Source of the DNA: a virus
DNA: 64,000 nt
Strand: one strand, 5' to 3'
Virus record (IMG/VR): IMGVR_UViG_3300032241_003073
Location: 1 to 64,000 of that record
The notes under the pieces are model-generated. The model was not told the origin of the DNA, made no database searches, and saw nothing but the letters and a program-made list of their open reading frames with translations. This document shows, piece by piece, positions 58,014-64,000 of this stretch (the first letter of the stretch is position 1; each line of letters begins with the position of its first letter). The position numbers and the translations under genes were made by a program.

Positions 58014-58220
58014 ATGGCATGTGGATGTAAAAAAGGAAATTCTAAAGGTTCGCCTCCATCAAATGGAAATGCTGTTCGACGTGCAAATGCATTATCGCCT
58101 CAAGTTTTTAATCCGTCACAACAACCTCAACAGCCATTAAATTCGGCTGGGATAAGTGCAGAAAGACGTAAGGTTCAAGCAGTTAGAAGGGATGCAATTA
58201 GAAAAGCTTTTAATAAATAA
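58014..58220 (+). CDS. small basic CGC-motif protein
   Basis: GAGGAG RBS; MACGCKKG. Confidence 0.7.
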   Translation: MACGCKKGNSKGSPPSNGNAVRRANALSPQVFNPSQQPQQPLNSAGISAERRKVQAVRRDAIRKAFNK

Positions 58221-58224
58221 AAAA

Positions 58225-59046
58225 TTATTTTGAAATATCAATTGAATTATTTATTTTTGGCATATTCCAATATAAAGAATTCAATTCTTTGTTGATTGTT
58301 AAGTTAGAAACATTCCAATCCAATTTAATATCTTCCTCATGCCAAGTGATTAATATTCTGCTTGGCAAATTGTTTTCAAAATTATCATACTCAGTGCTTG
58401 CCATAATTTTTTTATATTCATCATATAAATATCTTCCAATTACATTTTTGCTGGTGGGATCTACTATTATTGTGACAATTACTTTTTTGTTGTTACTGCT
58501 GATTCTGTTTTGTTTTATGATCCAATAATTATTGGATTTTGAAATTTCTATATTTTTTGAATCAATTTCGTTAATTCCGATTGACTCCATGATCCAGAAT
58601 GGATTTAGAACTGTTCTAAGATTTGTTTTAGATAAATTTTCATATTGAGAATAGTACAAAGCAGAAGGAGTCATTCTTTTGGACCAGAACCAAAACAATT
58701 CTTCGTTTGATCCTATGTCCATTTCTGTTCCAGTAAAAAAAGTTTTTATTATAAGTCTAAACTTTTTTTCTTTTTCCATTGCCAGTTCTCCATTTGCTCG
58801 TGCAAAAAACTTTCCTTGTTTTAAAATAATTGGCATATTTGAAAGGTAAATATTTTTAATTTTTTTGTTTTTTTCATTAATTGTTTGAATTACTTCATAT
58901 ATTTCGTGTTTTTTATCTGGAATTTCTTGTTTTTCTAAAATATGTTCTGAAGTCGCTAAATAAATTGGCTTTATTTTTAAGCTGTTAAAAAATAAAACCA
59001 AATATAACATTAAATTTAAAAAAAATATGATAAGAAGTTTTTTCAT
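58225..59046 (-). CDS. membrane-anchored LolA-like-fold protein of a planctomycete-type family
   Basis: N-terminal TM/signal; EMDIGSNEELFWFW motif; LPSRILITW. Confidence 0.6.
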   Translation of the reverse strand: MKKLLIIFFLNLMLYLVLFFNSLKIKPIYLATSEHILEKQEIPDKKHEIYEVIQTINEKNKKIKNIYLSNMPIILKQGKFFARANGELAMEKEKKFRLIIKTFFTGTEMDIGSNEELFWFWSKRMTPSALYYSQYENLSKTNLRTVLNPFWIMESIGINEIDSKNIEISKSNNYWIIKQNRISSNNKKVIVTIIVDPTSKNVIGRYLYDEYKKIMASTEYDNFENNLPSRILITWHEEDIKLDWNVSNLTINKELNSLYWNMPKINNSIDISK

Positions 59047-59116
59047 TTATTTTACTTTTAAAATGTGAATTCAATCATATATAGATTTATCCAGTTTAGA
59101 TCGAAAGAGGAACATT

Positions 59117-60028
59117 ATGCTATCATACAAACAATGGAAAACTTTGAATGAATCAGTAATGCCTAGCTTCACACTTGGCATTGCATCTCCTTCAAATCTT
59201 GGAATTCAATCTCCATTTGCTATGGATTTGGAAGAAGCCAAAAAAATGGCAAAAAAGAAATATAAGAAAAAGTTCAAAGATGAAGAAGAAGACGATGATG
59301 AAACAGGCGATGGAGAAATGGTTAAGCCATCATCTGATAAAGATGAGCCAGATGTTGATGTAGATGTTGATTCGGACGAAGATTCAGATGAAGACAAAAA
59401 CGTTTGCTCTAAATGTGGAATGATGTCTAAAAAGAAATCAAAGATGAAGTCCAAAAAGAAAATGTGGTCTGATGACGATGATCAAGACGATGATTCTGAA
59501 GATGACGACGATCAAGACGATGAAGAAAAGTCTAAAGATGATGATGAAGAAGACGAAGAGGGCGATGATGAAGTTTCACCAAAGAAGATGATGTCTAAAA
59601 AGAAAATGAAGTCCGACGAAGAAGATGAAGATGAAGATGAAGACGATGGTAATGAAGAAGATGATGATGACGAAGACGAAGGCGAAGAAGACGAAGACGA
59701 TGAAGGCGACGAGGAAGATGACGAAGATGACGAAGAAGAAGGCGACGATAAGCCTTCAAATAAAATGATGTCTAAAAAGAAAATGCTTAAAGGCAATCAA
59801 CACAAGATTGACATGAACAAAAATGGCAAAATTGACGCTGAAGACTTTAAGATTCTTAAAAACAAAAAGAAGAAAAATAAAAAGAAGGATGATTTGTCGG
59901 AAGATTCTTCTTGGTGGAACAGTGTTCAAAGCATGAATGTTTCTCCTTACACAAAATACAGTGATGGCTGTGAAAGTTTATTCACACCAATTGACACTGA
60001 AAATTTAACTCAAGGTGTTCGCTCCTAA
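59117..60028 (+). CDS. highly acidic low-complexity protein with EF-hand-like motif
   Basis: MLSYKQWKTLNE; poly-D/E tracts separated by MMSKKKM; LKGNQHKIDMNKNGKIDAEDF. Confidence 0.8.
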   Translation: MLSYKQWKTLNESVMPSFTLGIASPSNLGIQSPFAMDLEEAKKMAKKKYKKKFKDEEEDDDETGDGEMVKPSSDKDEPDVDVDVDSDEDSDEDKNVCSKCGMMSKKKSKMKSKKKMWSDDDDQDDDSEDDDDQDDEEKSKDDDEEDEEGDDEVSPKKMMSKKKMKSDEEDEDEDEDDGNEEDDDDEDEGEEDEDDEGDEEDDEDDEEEGDDKPSNKMMSKKKMLKGNQHKIDMNKNGKIDAEDFKILKNKKKKNKKKDDLSEDSSWWNSVQSMNVSPYTKYSDGCESLFTPIDTENLTQGVRS

Positions 60029-60052
60029 TTAAATGTATCTAATTTTGTAAAT

Positions 60053-60085
60053 AAAAAAGCCACAATTTTACTTGTGGCTTTTTTA
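60053..60085 (+). terminator. intrinsic terminator
   Basis: AAAAAAGCCACAA/TTGTGGCTTTTTT. Confidence 0.85.
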
Positions 60086-60196
60086 TTTACAATAAAAATT
60101 TTAATTAAATTGTTTTTGATGTTTTTCATCAATGCATTTTTTGCAATAATTAAATCGTTCAAGGTTTTTTGCGATCTCAATTTTTTAGAGGTAGAT

Positions 60197-60355
60197 ATGC
60201 AGATAAATAATTTTTGGATTGATAGAATTAATGAGAAAAATGTTCTTAAAGTTGTTGAATGGGCACACAGACAGGGAATTTTGATTGAGAATTTGACAAT
60301 ATCTGATATAATTGAAGCTGCAAAGTCTTATCTTCGTGATCCATCTCATGCGTGA
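60197..60355 (+). CDS. small hypothetical protein
   Basis: GAGG RBS before MQINNFW. Confidence 0.55.
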   Translation: MQINNFWIDRINEKNVLKVVEWAHRQGILIENLTISDIIEAAKSYLRDPSHA

Positions 60356-60361
60356 AAATTT

Positions 60362-61090
60362 ATGTTAAAATGGTATGATGCTTATGTTTCTGTCGGACTA
60401 AAGCCAATTGCAATTTTTTGTGGAACAAAAATACCAGTTGGTCAAGATTGGAATAAAAATTGGGAACCAAATAAATGGCGAGATTATTTCAAGAGTGATT
60501 CCTATAATATGGGAATATTGCTTGGAGAAATAATAGATGTAGAAGGAGATACATCTGAAGCCAATAATTTTTTATTGGAAATGATTGGCGATACTGAACA
60601 TCCAATGTTTAGTAGCTCGAAATCAATTCATCATTTGTTTTTAAATCCAGATCCTAAATTAACTCGTTGGTCTTTTAATGGAATAGAATTTAGAGGTCAT
60701 AAACATCAATCAGTTGTTCCCCCATCTGTTCATGATGACGGAACTCCTTATAAATGGATGGTTAATTCAAATTCTTATTTTAAAATACCAAATTTACCAC
60801 CATCGCTTTTAGATTTTTATTTTCAAAATAAAAATCTAAATAAAAATAAATTTTCGCAAAAGCATAAAAATAAGCCAGGACACAAAAGAACAGAATGTAA
60901 AAAATGTGGCGGCTATTTTTACATTCATAAAAAAAGATTGATATTAGAAGTTAAAGCGTTTGCAATTATGGGGCAATTATGGTCATGTCACGGTTGTCGT
61001 CAAGCCGACGTTAAAGAGATGTGTCGATCTATTCGAAAAAATTTAAATAAGGATCAAAGTTCTCGTTTCTTTCCTGTATGGAAAGATTGA
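60362..61090 (+). CDS. bifunctional primase/polymerase (Prim-Pol) domain with C-terminal Zn finger
   Basis: KIP...W, NMGILLG..IDVE, H.LF, QSVVPPSVH..G.PY.W; CKKC...CHGC. Confidence 0.8.
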   Translation: MLKWYDAYVSVGLKPIAIFCGTKIPVGQDWNKNWEPNKWRDYFKSDSYNMGILLGEIIDVEGDTSEANNFLLEMIGDTEHPMFSSSKSIHHLFLNPDPKLTRWSFNGIEFRGHKHQSVVPPSVHDDGTPYKWMVNSNSYFKIPNLPPSLLDFYFQNKNLNKNKFSQKHKNKPGHKRTECKKCGGYFYIHKKRLILEVKAFAIMGQLWSCHGCRQADVKEMCRSIRKNLNKDQSSRFFPVWKD

Positions 61091-61691
61091 ATATTTCTGC
61101 GATCCATTCTCCAGCATCACTAATATTTTCTTTAGAAATATAATGTCCATCTGAATCATTTTCAATTGTTTTTATTTTATAGTTTTTTTCGATAAACGCA
61201 TTTTTCATTGGGATATATCTTTCTTTCCAATCAAAACAATCATCATTTTGATTGTGAAAAAGTAAAAATGGAGTTTTGTGTTTTGATGGAAGCAATTTAT
61301 CTGGTTCTAAAATTGCACCATTGTGAACCACAACGCCTCCAAAAGGTTCATCTGAAGTAGAGGCAATTTGAATTGCCATAACCGCTCCTGCTGAAAATCC
61401 CGCAAGAACTATTTCTGATCTATTAACATTGTGGTCTTTCTCAATTTTTTTTATACAAATGTCTAAGTCGGGAACTGAAATTTTTAACCCCCAAACCGCA
61501 TTCATTTGATCGTTTTCTCCATTGGGTATTGGATACCATTCATCAAATGGATCAATACCTATAATTTGCATGGGTACTCCAGAAAATTTAGAATACCCAT
61601 GCAACAAGTTATATGCAGTTTGTCCTCTTCCTGGCAATACTATGATTGTTCCATAATATGTGTCTGGAGTATAATTTACAATGTTATACAT
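61029..61691 (-). CDS. alpha/beta hydrolase (phospholipase/carboxylesterase)
   Basis: LAGFSAGA nucleophile elbow, D, GH. Confidence 0.88.
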   Translation of the reverse strand: MYNIVNYTPDTYYGTIIVLPGRGQTAYNLLHGYSKFSGVPMQIIGIDPFDEWYPIPNGENDQMNAVWGLKISVPDLDICIKKIEKDHNVNRSEIVLAGFSAGAVMAIQIASTSDEPFGGVVVHNGAILEPDKLLPSKHKTPFLLFHNQNDDCFDWKERYIPMKNAFIEKNYKIKTIENDSDGHYISKENISDAGEWIAEIFNLSIQERNENFDPYLNFFE

Positions 61692-62629
61692 TATTTAATT
61701 TTCCATTCAATATAGGGGTCTGGAAGATTTACTCCAGATAATTTTTCAATTTCTTGAAATAGATTTTCTGGTAAATAATTGCTGATAAAAATCATAAATT
61801 TTTGTGCTAACTTTTTATCGCACGTATCAATTGCTCTTCTTAGTGAATTTACATCATAGCCAAAGCAATGATAGGCTTCACTTGGATCTTCTTCTAGTAA
61901 ATCTTCATCTACTGACCAAAATCTTTCATGTTGTTTGGTTTCAACAAAATTTAAAGAAAATTTAGTCAAATCGTAAATTAGAGATGCTATTTTAGGCGAA
62001 GAAAACCAAAAATTTCCAAGAGTTCTGTATTCTATTCCATATTCTGGAGTTCTGTGAGATCCAGCATGACCATAAATTCTTCTTCTGGCTTTTGATGTTG
62101 GATCGGTGTCGATAAAAATAGATGGTATTCCTAAAAATAGGTCCATCATTCTGACCACGCTAAAAGCATTTGAAGGATCTTGAAGCATGTTCGATCCAAT
62201 ATGGATGTGTCCACCCGCTGAACGAAAAGGAGTTTTAAACTGAAAATATCCGTCCAAGAGTTCAACATCTTCATCTGGAGGATAATCGCACTCTAACGTG
62301 TACACATTCCATTCTGGGCTACATCCAGCAACTTTTGCATCCATACAATTTAATTCTTTTTTAGGATAATTCGCAGATGCTTTAATTGTAAATTTATTTT
62401 TCCCAATTGCATCTGATAATCCCTGTAAAGATTTTCTAATGTTTTCTATTGATTCATCTTTTGTGTTGGCTGGTTTGATTGCAATTTCGGCCAACACATT
62501 ATCAAAATAATAATGATTATTTTGTTTTACAATTGCACGCTCTTTTTTAGGAAGAATGCCAATTGCACTTTTTAATTCGTTTTGACTCGTAAGCATGAAT
62601 TCAGGATCAGATCCAAAAGAAAAGTTCAT
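61691..62629 (-). CDS. phiEco32-like COOH-NH2 ligase type 2 (amidoligase)
   Basis: GSDPEF, DNVLAE, GCSP, RSAGGHIHIG, RR.IYG.AG..R, GIEYRTLGNFW. Confidence 0.88.
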   Translation of the reverse strand: MNFSFGSDPEFMLTSQNELKSAIGILPKKERAIVKQNNHYYFDNVLAEIAIKPANTKDESIENIRKSLQGLSDAIGKNKFTIKASANYPKKELNCMDAKVAGCSPEWNVYTLECDYPPDEDVELLDGYFQFKTPFRSAGGHIHIGSNMLQDPSNAFSVVRMMDLFLGIPSIFIDTDPTSKARRRIYGHAGSHRTPEYGIEYRTLGNFWFSSPKIASLIYDLTKFSLNFVETKQHERFWSVDEDLLEEDPSEAYHCFGYDVNSLRRAIDTCDKKLAQKFMIFISNYLPENLFQEIEKLSGVNLPDPYIEWKIK

Positions 62630-62638
62630 TGCAAATCC

Positions 62639-63451
62639 TCATTTTTGATAGTGCCAGTACGGAACAAGAACGTTTTGGCCAAGAGATTTATACGTTAAAT
62701 CCTTAGCAAACCCGATAGCTCCCAAGCAATTGTGAATGGTGTCTACATTCATACTGCTTGGGTAGTTCAACTGAATATCTCGACAGAAGATTCGTCGATC
62801 TCCAACTCTCAAAATTTTTTGAAAAGCGGGATCAATTTTTTGTAAAAAAAATGCATCTTTTCTTTGGTAAGGTTTAATTTCGCCAGAAACAATTCCTTGT
62901 ATTGTTTCGGTAAAATGTTTTCCTTCTGTATGGCAAAACCCAGTTCTTAAAAAAAGAGAGTAAAGCGAAAGCATTGGAGGAGCTTGAATCCATCTTTTGC
63001 TTCCTTCAAACATAAAAATTCCAGATTTTTTGTAACAATCTGGAGGCGAGGCACACCTTCTTACAAATGATTTTTTTATTTTTAATTGATTTTCAATTTG
63101 ATTGATGAAATCAACAACCTTTGTAATTTTTTTTGAAAAACTTTTATCCTTTGGATTGGTTATTAGCAGTCTGGTTCGGTCTAAACAAGGAAGAGGATCA
63201 GTGAATGGATTAAACTTGAATTTATATATTGAAATATTTTTTTTGTTTGTTGCAGAATAAATTACATCTTGTAGAAAGTCTTTGCACCAAACAAAAGGGT
63301 GACATTGTTCGTAATTTGAGGAAACAAGAGAATATTCTAATCCCTTAGAATATATTTGAAGTATTTTATAATTTGCTTCAACAGGCTTCCATTTTATATG
63401 ACGACTATATCCTTCCATATAATCCTCTTTTGTTGTGGGGCAAAATTTCAT
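62639..63451 (-). CDS. hypothetical protein co-transcribed with the amidoligase
   Basis: CKDFLQDV and W...P.MLSLYSLFLR motifs. Confidence 0.7.
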   Translation of the reverse strand: MKFCPTTKEDYMEGYSRHIKWKPVEANYKILQIYSKGLEYSLVSSNYEQCHPFVWCKDFLQDVIYSATNKKNISIYKFKFNPFTDPLPCLDRTRLLITNPKDKSFSKKITKVVDFINQIENQLKIKKSFVRRCASPPDCYKKSGIFMFEGSKRWIQAPPMLSLYSLFLRTGFCHTEGKHFTETIQGIVSGEIKPYQRKDAFFLQKIDPAFQKILRVGDRRIFCRDIQLNYPSSMNVDTIHNCLGAIGFAKDLTYKSLGQNVLVPYWHYQK

Positions 63452-63522
63452 TTTATATAATATCTTTTAAATTTCTTCGATCAATATATTTTTAGAAAAA
63501 AAATTTAAAACGTAAATAATGT

Positions 63523-63828
63523 ATGTTTGGATTTCGTCAATTTATCGCTGATCGGGGCAACGACTCAAGTATAATTAATTTATACCTCAACAATCCCAAA
63601 ATGAGGATTTCTGAAATTGCAAACGAATTTGGGAAGTCAGATGCGGAAATATACCGTATTCTTCACACACATCAGGTTTCCCCCAATCGTTTGAAAATTA
63701 ATCATCAAAAAGTTCATAATCTTTTTAATTTAGGTTGGAGTATTAAAGAAATTGCACAATTTACAGGATACACTCCTAGAAATGTTCGATATATAATTTC
63801 AAAAAATATTTCCGAAGGTGGAAAATAA
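63523..63828 (+). CDS. tandem HTH DNA-binding protein
   Basis: ISEIANEFGKSDAEIYRIL and SIKEIAQFTGYTPRNVRYII. Confidence 0.8.
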   Translation: MFGFRQFIADRGNDSSIINLYLNNPKMRISEIANEFGKSDAEIYRILHTHQVSPNRLKINHQKVHNLFNLGWSIKEIAQFTGYTPRNVRYIISKNISEGGK

Positions 63829-64000
63829 TGGCAATTGGAGAAAACGATATAATTTTGTCTTATTCTGGTGGATCGTCAAATGCCGATCCCAATCTTTCAT
63901 TGGGCGGGGATATCTCGGAGCAGCCTATTTTAAGCACAAGATTGTTTAATGATGTTTCAGAAGCACAGTCGGCATCTGGATCTATTAATTATCGGTGTAT
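63828..64000 (+). CDS. virion structural protein (5' part)
   Basis: TAATG overlap; MAIGENDIILSYSGGSSNADPNLSLGGDIS...LFNDVS; runs off the window. Confidence 0.6.
   Translation, partial: MAIGENDIILSYSGGSSNADPNLSLGGDISEQPILSTRLFNDVSEAQSASGSINYRC

Noticed and set aside
59206-59796. Poly-Ser minus-strand ORFs
   Set aside because: Antisense readings of GAY/GAR codon runs in the acidic protein.
1-64000. Alternative genetic code (TGA or TAG reassigned), suggested by in-frame stops at 14879 and 23491
   Set aside because: Long conserved genes are intact under code 11. TGA and TAG end many genes, including ATGA start/stop overlaps (53293, 53889), and no suppressor tRNA is seen.

Overview
AT-rich segment of a large T4-like (contractile-tail, probably jumbo) bacteriophage genome read with the standard genetic code. 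It holds virion genes (tail sheath, two tail tubes, gp13/14/15/26-like proteins), a gp55-like late sigma factor, recombination and nucleotide genes (Mre11/Rad50-like pair, RecD/Dda-like helicase, resolvase, nrdAB, pyrG, Dam-type methylase, prim-pol), many glycosyl- and methyltransferases, a Thg1-like enzyme and five tRNA genes. One tRNA, Leu-UAA, carries a group I intron. Two proteins point to a Planctomycetota host. The most notable observation is an unannotated 24-codon leader ORF (MSKSSFSSSSYYYLSSNDKMKVAS, 14535-14609, minus strand). It has a full terminator/antiterminator architecture and lies directly upstream of the tRNA-Ser, -Tyr, -Ser and -Phe genes. This looks like a ribosome-mediated attenuator that switches on phage tRNAs when those same tRNAs run short. 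Other observations: a -1 frameshift in the gp26-like gene, with a duplicated stand-alone copy of the frameshift extension; about 11 proteins sharing a T4 capsid-targeting-like N-terminus; and two promoter classes. All protein calls come from motif recognition by eye, not database searches.
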